Shown piece by piece: positions 1 to 10,051 of a stretch of 64,000 bases of DNA; the stretch's first letter is position 1, and every line of letters starts with the position of its first letter. Source of the DNA: Polyangiaceae bacterium (GTDB lineage: Bacteria; Myxococcota_A; Polyangia; Polyangiales; Polyangiaceae); the NCBI GenBank assembly GCA_965222375.1, contig CBDCTZ010000012.1:640001-704000 (forward strand), in the 5' to 3' direction. Under the pieces are notes generated by a model, which had not been told where the DNA came from, did not search any database, and saw only the letters and a program-made list of their open reading frames with translations. A program made the translations under genes and the position numbers.

Positions 1-439
1 GTCGCAGCTTACGCGCGCCGTGCTTGTTGCAAGCGCAGCACTGATTTCCGGACCACTGATGTTCACCTCTTGCGCATCCAGTGATGAAAGCTCTGGGATC
101 CCGGCGACCGGCGGTGCGGGGGGAGACGCTTCAATCTCCACCGGCGGCACTAGTTCAGGTGGCACGGGTGGCAGCACGACAGGTGGCACCGGCGGCTCCG
201 GTGCGACGGGCGGTTCCACTACCGGCGGCACCGGTGGTGTTGGCGCCACTGGCGCCACTGGTGGATTCGGAGCGACCGGGGGTGGTGGCTCCAGTGGCAC
301 CGGCGGTGGGCCTGCGTGCAACCCAGCGTTCTGCCCCTCGGTAGGGTCGGGCACACCTTGTTGCCAGGCAAATGGCGATTGCGGTGTGGACTACGGTTTC
401 GGAAACGGCTGCGAGCAGCCCACCGGTGCCGACGTCTAG
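1..439 (+). CDS. Putative lipoprotein with Gly/Thr-rich linker and Cys-rich C-terminus (5' end may lie outside the window)
   Basis: Hydrophobic stretch ending FTSC (lipobox-like), TGG/GGT repeats, six-Cys tail CNPAFC..CCQANGDC..C. Confidence 0.65.
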   Translation, partial: SQLTRAVLVASAALISGPLMFTSCASSDESSGIPATGGAGGDASISTGGTSSGGTGGSTTGGTGGSGATGGSTTGGTGGVGATGATGGFGATGGGGSSGTGGGPACNPAFCPSVGSGTPCCQANGDCGVDYGFGNGCEQPTGADV

Positions 440-461
440 ACGCACAGGCTCGGCCAACGCC

Positions 462-494
462 AAAGCGTCGCGTGCTCCGCACGCGGCGCTTTTT
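462..494. terminator. Intrinsic terminator between convergent genes, probably bidirectional
   Basis: aaagcgtcgcgtg-ctccg-cacgcggcgcttttt hairpin with A-run before and T-run after. Confidence 0.75.
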
Positions 495-3400
495 CATTCC
501 ATCCGGAAGAGATCGTCCAAGTCGTCTTTGGTGAGCTTCTTGGCACCGCCGCTGTCTTCGGTCAGTACGCTAGCAACGAGGTCCTTCTTCTTCTGCTTCA
601 GCTGGAGGATCTTCTCCTCGATCGTACCGGCAGCGACCATGCGATAGACGGTCACGACCTTCTTTTGCCCAATGCGGTGGGCTCGGTCTGAGGCTTGGTC
701 CTCGACGGCGGGGTTCCACCACGGGTCGAAGTGGACCACGGTGTCCGCGGCAGTCAGGTTGAGACCGGAGCCGCCAGCCTTCAGGCTGATGAGAAAGACG
801 GGGATCGTTGGATCGTTCTGAAAACTGTCGATTCGCTCGGGTCGATCGGTCGTGCTTCCGTCCAGGTACTGATACCGGATCCTGTCCTCGTCCAAGGCCT
901 GGGCAAGCAGTTTCAGCATCGAAACGAACTGGCTGAATATCAACACCTTGTGTCCGCCGGACTCGACCTCGTCGACGAGTTCCCGAACTGCCGATAGCTT
1001 GCCGCTGTCTTCGTGGGAAAACTCCCGAGGCAGTCCCAGCAGCCGTGGATCGCATGCCGCTTGTCGCAGCTTGGTGAGTCCCGCCAAGATATGGATCTGG
1101 CTCTTGGCTAGCCCGACTCGTTCGACTTCACCCATGACTTGCGCGCGCACCTCGCGCAGCACCTGCAGGTAGATGGCTTTCTGATCTGGCGTCAGGTCAA
1201 TGACCTTGTCAATCTCGATCTTGGGAGGCAGGTCCTTGGCCACTTCGTTTTTGGTGCGGCGCAAGATGAAGGGGTGAATCGTGGCTCTCAAGCGTGCCGC
1301 AGTCTTCGAGTCGCCCTGGTCAATGGGCCGGGCGAAGCGCTCCTCGAACTTCGGCAAGGGCCCCAAGAGCCCCGGGCTGACGAATTCGAAAATGCTCCAG
1401 ATCTCCGAGAGACGATTTTCGATCGGCGTTCCCGTCAGTGCCAGCCTGCGGGCTGCCGTGAGGTCCTTGGCAGCTGCCGCGGTCGCTGACATCGGGTTCT
1501 TGATGGCCTGAGCCTCGTCCAGGATGGCGTAGTCCAGGTCCAGCTTCTTGAGCAGGTCGATGTCCCGACGCAACAGTGCGTAGCTGGTGATGATGACGTT
1601 GGCGCTCTCCAGTTCCATTTTCTGACCCTTACGACCCGCGCCATGCCAAAGCGCGGTCGTGAGGGAAGGCCCAAACCGTTCGATCTCTCGCACCCAGTTC
1701 GTCACGACGCTGGTGGGCGCGACGATCAGCGCGCGAAGGGGCTTGCTCTTCTTCTCTTGCTTGAGGCTCAGCAGCAGCGCAATGGTCTGGACGGTCTTGC
1801 CCAAGCCCATGTCGTCGGCGAGCACGCCACCCGATGCGATCTCGTGAATGAAGCGCAGCCAGGAAAGACCTTGCTCCTGGTAGGGCCGCAGTGTGGCCTT
1901 CAAACCCCGGGGCTTCTTCACGGTCTTGATTTCGTCGATGTCTGCGAGCTTCTGGAAGAGCTGCTTGGCGCCGGCAGCGACGCTAACTTCGGAAGCTTGC
2001 TCCAATAGGTCTTGAATTCGACCGGCGTGAGAGAGGGGTACGTGGCCGTTCTTTCCTGCGGCCGCCATGAGCTCGATTTCCCGATCGATCATGGCCTGCA
2101 CCTTCTTGGAGTCGATCTCCGCGTAGGTGTCGTCCGAAAGCCGAACGAACTTCTTCCCTTCTTGAAGGCTCTTGATCAGTTCTTCGCGATCCACTCCGAT
2201 GCCACCGCTCTCGTAGCTGACTTTGACGCTTAGCCAGTCAACGCCGCTGGAAACGCGGGCGTTCATGGTGACGGCTTTGCTCCGTACCTGCGTGCCGACA
2301 AGGTGCTCGGGCACGTATAGGTCCCACTTCTTGGGTAGTTGCGCCACGCCCTCGGACCAGAACGCAATGGCGCGGTCCCCATCGGCCACGAAGGTGCCGC
2401 CGCTCTCGTCGCCGCTGAGGCCTGCATCCAGCAACTCGTTCACCGCATTCTGTTGGGCGACGATGTCGGTGCGAATGCAGGTTGCGCGTTTCTGCCCTTC
2501 CTCGGGCGGCAGGATGATGATGGGCGGAGAAATACCATCGGCGCGGACCTCGACCTCCAGGTCCCCGTAGGCGGCGCGGAGCTGGGCTTGGACCTCGGTG
2601 ATTCCTCCCGTCGCGCGAAGCCGGAACTTTGGTTCCAGGTCGACCACTGCTGCAACCTGGCTGAGCTCGGGCAAGTCAGCGCCTATTTCGCCAGCAACCC
2701 GTGGGAGGCCGTCCGTGATCATGCTGATCAGCTCACTGGCGGGCTCAGCGATGGTCGGGCTGCGCAGGATGCGTCGAAGGGCCGCCGGCGAGAGCCGCGA
2801 ATCGATGGGTCGGGCAATGCCTTCACTCGTGTCGATATGCCAGCCGGGCGCACCCTCGAACCAGCCGCCGTTGGTCAGTTGAAAGCGGCGGCCGTCCCCA
2901 GGCCGCTCAAACGTGATTTTGGCAACGATGGTTTCGGCCCCGACCATCTCGAGATCGAAGCGGGGCTTCAGGGTTTCCTCGACGAAGCGAAGCTGCATCA
3001 AGGCCGGCTCGAGCAAGACTCGGCGATCCTTCAACAATGGCATGAGCTCGGCCGCATCCTCGCCGCGAATGTCCACCGCGGGGTGGCGGGGATTGCCACT
3101 CTCGAAGCGCGCCAGCACTCGGAGCCCCGCGCGATCCGGTGTTGGCGCCAGGGCCTGCCAAGAGAGGGCAACGCTCGGCAGAAGCGGCACCCGGGCATCC
3201 GTGTCCAATACGGTCACGGTCAGCCCTCCTTGGCGGACGTGCACTCTGAATTCCAAATTCTGCACCCGAACCGCGCCTTCGGGCGGAAGCCACGCGCCTA
3301 TTCCGGTGGGTCGAGCGCTCGCATCTGGCGATGGCGGCGTGGCCAGACCCGGAGGAACCGCGTGAACTTGGGCTTGCGCGCGCCGGCGTCGCTCCCGGCG

Positions 3401-3784
3401 ACGGCTACTCTTGGATCCGTCCTGCTGACCTGCGGCGGTCGAGGGCGGGGCCGCCTGCACTTCCCGACGAGGCAGCTTGGCGCGAGCCTGGTTGCGTACG
3501 GTAATCAGCAGGGCTGCAACGTGCTTGCAGTGTTGCCCCGACTTCTGGAATGCCGGACAGGTGCAATGACTCGTGATGCCTTCGCCTCCGAGTCGTATGG
3601 TGACTTCGTAGGGATCAGGATCTGAGCCCTTCACCTTGCCCGAGGCGCTGGCTTCGTTGACACCGACTTCCTCGACGACGCGACGTTTTTCGTAGTCGAG
3701 CCCACGAAGGAACGTCCGTGCTCCTAGCAGGCGGCGGAGTCCGCGGTCAGAAAGTGTGGATAGCGCGTCAGCTAACGACGACAA
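494..3784 (-). CDS. SWIM zinc finger + SNF2-family DEAD/DEAH helicase
   Basis: SWIM CTCP..CKH; LADDMGLGKT, DEAQ, LTGTPIEN, SLKAGGSGLNL, DPWWNP, QASDRAHRIGQ. Confidence 0.93.
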   Translation of the reverse strand: MSSLADALSTLSDRGLRRLLGARTFLRGLDYEKRRVVEEVGVNEASASGKVKGSDPDPYEVTIRLGGEGITSHCTCPAFQKSGQHCKHVAALLITVRNQARAKLPRREVQAAPPSTAAGQQDGSKSSRRRERRRRAQAQVHAVPPGLATPPSPDASARPTGIGAWLPPEGAVRVQNLEFRVHVRQGGLTVTVLDTDARVPLLPSVALSWQALAPTPDRAGLRVLARFESGNPRHPAVDIRGEDAAELMPLLKDRRVLLEPALMQLRFVEETLKPRFDLEMVGAETIVAKITFERPGDGRRFQLTNGGWFEGAPGWHIDTSEGIARPIDSRLSPAALRRILRSPTIAEPASELISMITDGLPRVAGEIGADLPELSQVAAVVDLEPKFRLRATGGITEVQAQLRAAYGDLEVEVRADGISPPIIILPPEEGQKRATCIRTDIVAQQNAVNELLDAGLSGDESGGTFVADGDRAIAFWSEGVAQLPKKWDLYVPEHLVGTQVRSKAVTMNARVSSGVDWLSVKVSYESGGIGVDREELIKSLQEGKKFVRLSDDTYAEIDSKKVQAMIDREIELMAAAGKNGHVPLSHAGRIQDLLEQASEVSVAAGAKQLFQKLADIDEIKTVKKPRGLKATLRPYQEQGLSWLRFIHEIASGGVLADDMGLGKTVQTIALLLSLKQEKKSKPLRALIVAPTSVVTNWVREIERFGPSLTTALWHGAGRKGQKMELESANVIITSYALLRRDIDLLKKLDLDYAILDEAQAIKNPMSATAAAAKDLTAARRLALTGTPIENRLSEIWSIFEFVSPGLLGPLPKFEERFARPIDQGDSKTAARLRATIHPFILRRTKNEVAKDLPPKIEIDKVIDLTPDQKAIYLQVLREVRAQVMGEVERVGLAKSQIHILAGLTKLRQAACDPRLLGLPREFSHEDSGKLSAVRELVDEVESGGHKVLIFSQFVSMLKLLAQALDEDRIRYQYLDGSTTDRPERIDSFQNDPTIPVFLISLKAGGSGLNLTAADTVVHFDPWWNPAVEDQASDRAHRIGQKKVVTVYRMVAAGTIEEKILQLKQKKKDLVASVLTEDSGGAKKLTKDDLDDLFRME

Positions 3785-3843
3785 CTTGATTCTCCGGTTC
3801 TCATAAGGGTTGGCAAGCGATGACTGGGTGTTCGAGCGGCCGT

Positions 3844-6006
3844 TTAGGCAAAAATCAGCGAGAATGCGACGAGGATTGTGGCAGTGCAGGCCTGGACCGC
3901 CAGCAATGCAGCAGGGGCGGCAGCGTGGCCCACAGCATCGGCCAAGGCGTCGCCGCCGAGGGCGGCGTCGAAATCCGAGTGAGACGTATTCGGTCGCGCT
4001 TGGCGCCGCGAGGCAGACAGAGTCAGGCGCGTACCTTCCGCCAGCAGGCTTACCGCGAGAGCAGAGACGGCAGCCACCAGCACGAGACCCACCAGACTCT
4101 GACCTGCGAGGCCGAGTTGAGCCCGCGGCAGGCTCAACCTCAGCACCGAGAACAACGCTACGGGCATCGCAATCAAGCCCAGAACTGTCGGGACCACGCG
4201 GCGGAAGCTTCCCCGGAGGGACAGATCCAGGCAGGCTTTGTAGCTCGGCGAAAAATCGTCAGGCAGCCGCACTCGGCCGCGCTCCCGTGGGAACGCGCGA
4301 AGCTGGCGTTCAACTTCAAGCGTGACACTCCGTGACGCGGTGACGCTATGGCGCAGCGTGTCGCCCGCGTATGCCATGGCCACCCCGAAACCGAGAGCGC
4401 CACACCAAAGTACGATGGGATCGACCAGGTTGACCGGCTGTGTGGCGGCAGCTGGCGAGAGCACTGTGACGGCTGCGGTGAGCGCACTCAGGCCGGCCAA
4501 GCCGTATAGATGCGCTTGCGCAACCGCCCCGCCCACGAACCCGGCATCGTCCAGGCGCATTGCCCGCCGCTCCGCCTCTGGGGAAGACGCTCGTGGCGCG
4601 AGAGTTCCGACGCCCCGCGCGGCGTCGGCGATGGCGCTGAATGCGCCTAGAGCGAGAGCATAGGGGCCGGCGCAAGACATGGCTGCGAGCACCAACACGA
4701 CACCAACCAGGCCCGAGAGGGGAACGTCCGAACTACCCGCGACCATGGCCGCGGCCGTGACGGATAGGCCCAGGAGCAGCAGGGGTAACGCGCTGGCGCG
4801 CAGCCCAGAGGAAAGACCTTGGGCAATTGCCGCGGCGTCGCCCACGCGGAAGGAGTCGCTCACTTCACGCACGGCGCCCAATCGCTTGTCGACCCGGAGT
4901 CGCGCAACATGCGCCGCAACGCCCAGGCCGAGCACACCAACGGCTCCAGCAAAGATGAAGGGAGACGCTCGACCGCCTAGTAGCCAGTGGGCGGCGCCCC
5001 CGAGAGCGCCCAGAGTGATGAGCACGCTCGTGGCCTGGCCACGCCAGAGGCCCGCAGCGACGTTCGCGTTCTCCTCGGTCCGCACGGTCATTACTGCGAA
5101 GCCGCCGCTGACCACCGCGAACGCTCGAACAGTGGCCGGAAGGAACACCACCGGAAGGATAGACAAAGGATCTTGTCGGTGAAGACTGACCAGAGTGGCG
5201 CCCAGCAAAGCGATGGTCACGTTCACGAGCGTCGCAGACGTGAATAGATCGACGGCGCGTCGTGCGGCGACACCCACGTAGTCGCCGACGAGATCAGCAA
5301 CAACCGCGGGGTTCTTTGCGTCATCATGGCTCAATCCAGCATCGCGCTCGCCTGCCAAGTCCGCCGCGATGTCTCCGGCGTTGTGGAACACACAACCGGC
5401 TCGCTGCACGATCAGAGCGGCGACGGCTGCACCGAGGGCGAAGCCCGGGCAGACTGCGGCAACGGCCGCATACAGGTCCGCTGCCACGGCGGGGGCAGCA
5501 GAAAACCCTCCCTTCATGGCGAACAGTAGGGAGAAGGGGAGGGCGACGCCAATGACGCTCACGGCCTCCACGAACAACCCTGCTGCTCCAGCGCCTCGAA
5601 CCCCAACGGCGAGGGCAGCGTCCGTGCTCGTTCTCGCCGCTGACAGCACTCGAAGGCTGGCCGTGAGGGCAGACTGCGCCGTGGTGCGAGCAACCAGACC
5701 GCCGCAAGCTGCCCCGATCGCCAACCCCAGTGCCGCCCAGAACGCGACCTCCAAACGGGACAGGACGGCTTCGGATGGCGCCAAGGCGGCGTGGGCCCCG
5801 AAAGACACCGCCGCCAGGACGCCGCCCGCGAGGGCGATCAGCCGCAGCTCCTCCTGGACGAAGGTGTCCACGGCGCGCTTCAACGCGCTGGAAATCCGGC
5901 GAAGCTCTGCCCCTGCAGCATCACGGGTGGTGAGCCAACGTGCGAGTATGACTGCAAACACGAGTCCGCAGAACTCGAGAGCGAGGATCAGCCCAAATTG
6001 GGTCAC
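3844..6006 (-). CDS. Membrane H+/Na+-translocating pyrophosphatase (HppA) homologue with degenerate catalytic motifs
   Basis: Multi-TM 720 aa; DDAKNPAVVADLVGD and EVERQLR recognisable, but many conserved Asp/Lys are substituted. Confidence 0.75.
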   Translation of the reverse strand: MTQFGLILALEFCGLVFAVILARWLTTRDAAGAELRRISSALKRAVDTFVQEELRLIALAGGVLAAVSFGAHAALAPSEAVLSRLEVAFWAALGLAIGAACGGLVARTTAQSALTASLRVLSAARTSTDAALAVGVRGAGAAGLFVEAVSVIGVALPFSLLFAMKGGFSAAPAVAADLYAAVAAVCPGFALGAAVAALIVQRAGCVFHNAGDIAADLAGERDAGLSHDDAKNPAVVADLVGDYVGVAARRAVDLFTSATLVNVTIALLGATLVSLHRQDPLSILPVVFLPATVRAFAVVSGGFAVMTVRTEENANVAAGLWRGQATSVLITLGALGGAAHWLLGGRASPFIFAGAVGVLGLGVAAHVARLRVDKRLGAVREVSDSFRVGDAAAIAQGLSSGLRASALPLLLLGLSVTAAAMVAGSSDVPLSGLVGVVLVLAAMSCAGPYALALGAFSAIADAARGVGTLAPRASSPEAERRAMRLDDAGFVGGAVAQAHLYGLAGLSALTAAVTVLSPAAATQPVNLVDPIVLWCGALGFGVAMAYAGDTLRHSVTASRSVTLEVERQLRAFPRERGRVRLPDDFSPSYKACLDLSLRGSFRRVVPTVLGLIAMPVALFSVLRLSLPRAQLGLAGQSLVGLVLVAAVSALAVSLLAEGTRLTLSASRRQARPNTSHSDFDAALGGDALADAVGHAAAPAALLAVQACTATILVAFSLIFA

Positions 6007-6292
6007 GACATTTCTTGATTGCGCGTGCGCTTGTTACGCACCGTGGGCGCTGCGACTCCGACAAGGGCTTTGCGAGAGGGTTCCTCTCGTCCGTGGGGCA
6101 CCTCCGAGACACACGAAGGAGCCATAGGGTCTCCGCCGTGATGTCGGGACGCTCCCCCGCAGGAGCGCAAGCGAGAGCGGTGGTAACATGTACCCCGAGA
6201 CCCAGCAAGCTCGATCTTGGCGCCTGACGCCTCCCTGGGTTGAGGCCGCCGCTGCCCTGGTGGAGGGAAGTCTAGCCGTCCTGGGGTGACCG

Positions 6293-6913
6293 CTAGCGCG
6301 GCGAGCTGCCGGCCTGCATGACCATCAGGTGGTACTTGCCGAATTCGTTCTGCCCCAATGTGAACAAAACCTCGATCAGGAGCCGGTAGGGCGTCGTTTC
6401 GTCGGCAACGATGATGGCCTCGGAGGCCGCGGGATCGAGGCCCTTGGCCTGTCGGATGAGCTTGTCCGTCTTGCGGGCCGCCTGCAGAGCATTGCCAAGG
6501 GGCACGATGTACAGGTCGTTGGGACCGCTGCGCTTGTTGCGGGCGCCCACACCGGTCTGAGCCATGCTCTCGCGGCTGGGCAGGGTCACGACTCTGTCGT
6601 CCGCGACGAGGATCTGCGACTTGGACACCGTCACGACCACGCCTTCGTCGCTGGGCTGAGTTCGGACGATGGACTTGGGCAACTGAAGATCGTCGCTCTG
6701 CGGCACGCTGGCGCTGGATTCGCCGAGGCTCTTCAGGAGGAACACCAGGATGATCGTCATGATGTCGAGCATCGCGGTGATGTTGAGGAAGTTGATCTCA
6801 GGCTCGACCGCGTTGCGCCGAATCGCCTTGCGCAGTTCTGCCTTGTAGCGGACGACAGACGGCTTCTTGGGCGGCGCGGCGCCTCCGGGCGGGACCTGAC
6901 CTGATTGACTCAT
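6293..6913 (-). CDS. ExbD/TolR-family protein
   Basis: LNITAMLDIMTIILVFLL TM with conserved Asp; C-terminal IIVADETTPY motif; 4-nt overlap with the upstream gene. Confidence 0.88.
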   Translation of the reverse strand: MSQSGQVPPGGAAPPKKPSVVRYKAELRKAIRRNAVEPEINFLNITAMLDIMTIILVFLLKSLGESSASVPQSDDLQLPKSIVRTQPSDEGVVVTVSKSQILVADDRVVTLPSRESMAQTGVGARNKRSGPNDLYIVPLGNALQAARKTDKLIRQAKGLDPAASEAIIVADETTPYRLLIEVLFTLGQNEFGKYHLMVMQAGSSPR

Positions 6914-7461
6914 CGCGGCACCTTGAAGTTCACGTCCTCAAAAAGCGGGTCACCCCTGGGCGTGGCGCGCAAAGCGTCAATCGTGGCGATCAGGGTCTGA
7001 TAGTCCGTGCCTGGGTTGGCAGTGATGAAGACTTGGGTCTCGTCGGCGAAGTCCGGATTGGCCTTCTTCAGCTTGGCCGCGCAACCGTTGAGCGCGTCGA
7101 AGTTGTAGGTCGCGCCCTTCTTGGGGATCGTGATGCCGGCGCCGGGGCCTTCGCAACCCGGTGCGATGTTGCCACCGGATGCTTTGATCGAGAAGCCGTC
7201 ATTGACGATGAACACCGTCAGGTTGAGTGCGGAGCTTTCGACCTGACGCACCCCACTGGACTTGCTCGCAGGCGGCTGGGTGTCGATCGTTGCGGTGAAG
7301 GTTACCGCGACGGTCGCCAGCACGAAGATCAAAATGTTCACGATGATGTCGAGGAACGGCACGATGTTGAGCTCGCCGCCCTCCTCATCCGGGGACAGCT
7401 CCCTCGGCTGGCTAAGGCGGCGGATCTTGCCGCGCTGCGCTGCAGTGAGCGAGTCAGACAT
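6910..7461 (-). CDS. ExbD/TolR-family protein
   Basis: ELNIVPFLDIIVNILIF TM; VFITANPGTDYQTLIATID. Confidence 0.88.
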   Translation of the reverse strand: MSDSLTAAQRGKIRRLSQPRELSPDEEGGELNIVPFLDIIVNILIFVLATVAVTFTATIDTQPPASKSSGVRQVESSALNLTVFIVNDGFSIKASGGNIAPGCEGPGAGITIPKKGATYNFDALNGCAAKLKKANPDFADETQVFITANPGTDYQTLIATIDALRATPRGDPLFEDVNFKVPR

Positions 7462-7485
7462 GGGTCAGGAGTTCGCCCCGTGCCC

Positions 7486-8163
7486 TCAGTACTGTCCCGG
7501 CCGCTGCTGGATAGTCAGCAGGTTGAACGTGCGCTCCATCGTGGCTTCCAGGTCGTGCTGAATCGCTTTGGCGCGAGTATGCAAGATGATGTGAGTGATC
7601 ATGCAAAACACCGCAATACCGAGACCCAAGGCGGTGTTGTACATGGCTTCGGCGATGCCGTTTGAGAGCATGCGCTGCTTGTCAGCCTGAGACAGCCCCG
7701 GCGCCGCGATAGCAGCGAAGGTTGCGATCAGACCGCTCACCGTTCCGAGAAGCCCGATCAGGGTGGCGATGTTCGCCAGCGACCAGAGCGCGCCGACGCG
7801 CTTTTCAGCCTGCGGCTTCAGCTCCGAAAGCTTCTCACTGAGTGCGGCATCAATTTCATCTGGGCCTTTGTTGGCATGCGTGAGCCCCGACTTCACCAAT
7901 TGCAGAATCGGAAAGTCCTGTGCCTCGCACAGCTTGATTGCGCGATCGATGTTGCCGGCCGCAACCAGCTTCTTGATCTGCGCAAAGAACTCCTTCGAGT
8001 TGACCCGGTACCGTGTCATCTGAAAAATGAAACGTTCCACAACGATGGTCAACACGATGGCTGAACAGATCAAGTTCATCACCATGAAGGTCGGGTTGTG
8101 CTTGAAGGCCTCGACCAACTGGCTAGAACCGGTACTTTGAGCCGCAACGAGCAGAAGCTGCAT
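7486..8163 (-). CDS. MotA/TolQ/ExbB proton-channel protein
   Basis: ATLIGLLGTVSGLIATF and GIAEAMYNTALGL motifs. Confidence 0.92.
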   Translation of the reverse strand: MQLLLVAAQSTGSSQLVEAFKHNPTFMVMNLICSAIVLTIVVERFIFQMTRYRVNSKEFFAQIKKLVAAGNIDRAIKLCEAQDFPILQLVKSGLTHANKGPDEIDAALSEKLSELKPQAEKRVGALWSLANIATLIGLLGTVSGLIATFAAIAAPGLSQADKQRMLSNGIAEAMYNTALGLGIAVFCMITHIILHTRAKAIQHDLEATMERTFNLLTIQQRPGQY

Positions 8164-8222
8164 TCCGTTATCCCTCTTCTTCAGAGCTACTGACGGCGCG
8201 AATGCCGCGCACAGGCCCGGCG

Positions 8223-8252
8223 ACTATAGCCGCCGCGTTGTTACGGGTGCAA
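8223..8252 (-). promoter_or_regulatory. Candidate sigma70 promoter for the leftward exbB-exbD-exbD operon
   Basis: Minus strand TTGCAC-N18-TATAGT about 60 bp upstream of the ATG. Confidence 0.4.
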
Positions 8253-8742
8253 GACGACGATGCGTCCAATCCAAAACAGATTTTGACTCGCAGTTCCGGC
8301 GGGTTACCAGACCGTCAAGGCGATGACGCGGCGGTCCGGCCCTCAGGGCGCTCCTTCGAGCCCCTCCTTACATAAGCCCATACGGAGGAGGAGCGCGGGT
8401 CGGATGGGGGTCCATGGCCCAATCCGTGCTGGCTGGTGGCTGGCCGAGCCCGGTTCTAGGGACTCTGGGCCCGGGCCGGGCATCTGCCAGGGGGGGTTAT
8501 GTCGCCTTGACACTCAGCCTGTAACTTTTCGCCCAGACACGAACTCGCTCTAGGTACCCAAACTCTCTTGACCTTTTCGGGTCTGCCTGAGCAAGATGGC
8601 GCAGTCTTCTACCGCGCCATTTCTCGGTGGAGGACCCCATTTCGATGACCGCCGGGGACGTCAAGGAAGCGCGAATTTATGCCGCGTAACCAAGAAAGCC
8701 CGGCAAACCCGGAAAAGAGCACCACCGGAAGGTAACCGAACA

Positions 8743-9402
8743 ATGTCGAAACTCTGGCATCACTACCAGGCAGGCGGTTGGGCCATGTGGCTCATCCTAT
8801 TTTGGTTGATCTGCTCGATTGCAGTCATTGCGGAACGCGCCGTCTACCTGTTTGGCGCCTCCATTAACAAAGAGGTCTTCCTCGCAACCATGCAGAAGTG
8901 CATCTTGGCTGGCGACGTCGCCAAGGCCGTGAAGATGGCTTCCGCGGCGAACGCGCCCCTGGCGCGTATCGTTCAGGCGGGTCTCGTCAAGGTCAATCGG
9001 CCAGACGAGGAAGTGCAGGCGGCGATGGACGAAGCTGCACTTCGCGAAATGCCTCGAATCAACAAGCGAACCGGGTACCTGGCTCTGTTTGCGAACCTCG
9101 CGATGCTGTCCGGTCTCTTCGGAACAATCATTGGGTTGATCAAGGCGTTCGGCGCGGTCGGTGGTGAGAGCATCGACCCGAGCCAAAAGGCCCGCATTCT
9201 TGCTGAAGGAATTTCCGAGGCAATGAACTGCACCGCCTTCGGCTTGCTGGCGGCTATCGTCGCGCTGGTCGGTTTCGCGTTCTTGAACGGCAAGACGCAG
9301 TCGCTGGAAGACGACATCAACGAAGCCAGCGTTCAGGTGCTGAACCTCGTGGTGGCTAACCGTCAGAAGGTCAGCCTACAGGGGTTGGAGCAGGCAGCCT
9401 GA
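8743..9402 (+). CDS. aglR: MotA/TolQ/ExbB proton-channel protein, AglR-like
   Basis: GLFGTIIGLIKAF, GISEAMNCTAFGL; ATG at 8743 preferred to the longer ORF start; followed by two ExbD genes. Confidence 0.8.
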   Translation: MSKLWHHYQAGGWAMWLILFWLICSIAVIAERAVYLFGASINKEVFLATMQKCILAGDVAKAVKMASAANAPLARIVQAGLVKVNRPDEEVQAAMDEAALREMPRINKRTGYLALFANLAMLSGLFGTIIGLIKAFGAVGGESIDPSQKARILAEGISEAMNCTAFGLLAAIVALVGFAFLNGKTQSLEDDINEASVQVLNLVVANRQKVSLQGLEQAA

Positions 9403-9477
9403 GGCACCCGATTCGGGCTTCCCGGAATGATTTCGGGGGGCCCGAGTTCAACTATCCGAGAGCTATAGGAAGACAAG

Positions 9478-10044
9478 ATGGCTGGAATCGACGCAGGCGG
9501 CGGGCATGGAGGAAAACGCGCCACCAATCACGAAATTCCCCTGATCCCGTTCATCGACTTTCTCTTGTGTTTGGTGGCGTTCCTGCTGGTCACGGCCGTG
9601 TGGTCGCAGATGGCGCGCATCAACGCAGACGCTCGTGTTCCTGGTCCTCCCCGTCCCGAGGACGAGATCCAGAAGCGTGAGAAGGAAAAGCAGCTGCACG
9701 TCGAGATGCGTGGAGAGCGGAAGTTCCAGCTGGTCTGGAAAGAGGGTAGCACGGTCGTCAACACCATCGATGTTGAGCGCAAGCCGGTGAAGGCGGGTGA
9801 AGACACTCAGTATCCCGACCTGGCCAAGAAGATCGAAACCGAATGGACCGCCAACGGCAGCCACCGAGCGGCCACTGACAAGAAGTTTGATCAGGCGGTG
9901 CTTCACACCGACAACACCACGCCGTTCTCCGACGTCATCGCGGTGATCGACGCCATCTACAAACCGCAGCGGGATTTCGCTCCTAGCGGCGGTGGCAAGA
10001 CGGAGAAGGTCCCCGCGTTCAACGTTACCTTTGCGGTGAACTGA
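9478..10044 (+). CDS. aglQ: ExbD/TolR-family protein, AglQ-like
   Basis: MAGIDAGGG..IPFID(27)..TAVWSQ resembles Myxococcus AglQ as recalled; orthology not verified. Confidence 0.7.
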   Translation: MAGIDAGGGHGGKRATNHEIPLIPFIDFLLCLVAFLLVTAVWSQMARINADARVPGPPRPEDEIQKREKEKQLHVEMRGERKFQLVWKEGSTVVNTIDVERKPVKAGEDTQYPDLAKKIETEWTANGSHRAATDKKFDQAVLHTDNTTPFSDVIAVIDAIYKPQRDFAPSGGGKTEKVPAFNVTFAVN

Positions 10045-10051
10045 AAGAGCC

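Noticed and set aside
2339..3625. 428-aa plus-strand ORF and similar long antisense ORFs (12343-13647, 14568-15854, 22638-23636)
   Set aside because: Shadow frames opposite well-supported genes, as expected in high-GC DNA; no recognisable motifs.
494..3784. SNF2 helicase as part of an anti-phage defence island
   Set aside because: Stand-alone SWIM-SNF2 with no methylase, nuclease or other defence neighbours.
3844..6006. Calling the HppA homologue a pseudogene
   Set aside because: The reading frame is full length with no stops or frameshifts; treated as a possible pseudoenzyme instead.
6007..6292. Hairpin-rich intergenic region with a CGAAGGAGC string, considered as a glycine riboswitch
   Set aside because: The motif is on the wrong strand for the downstream gene and the full aptamer cannot be built; an Rfam scan would be needed.
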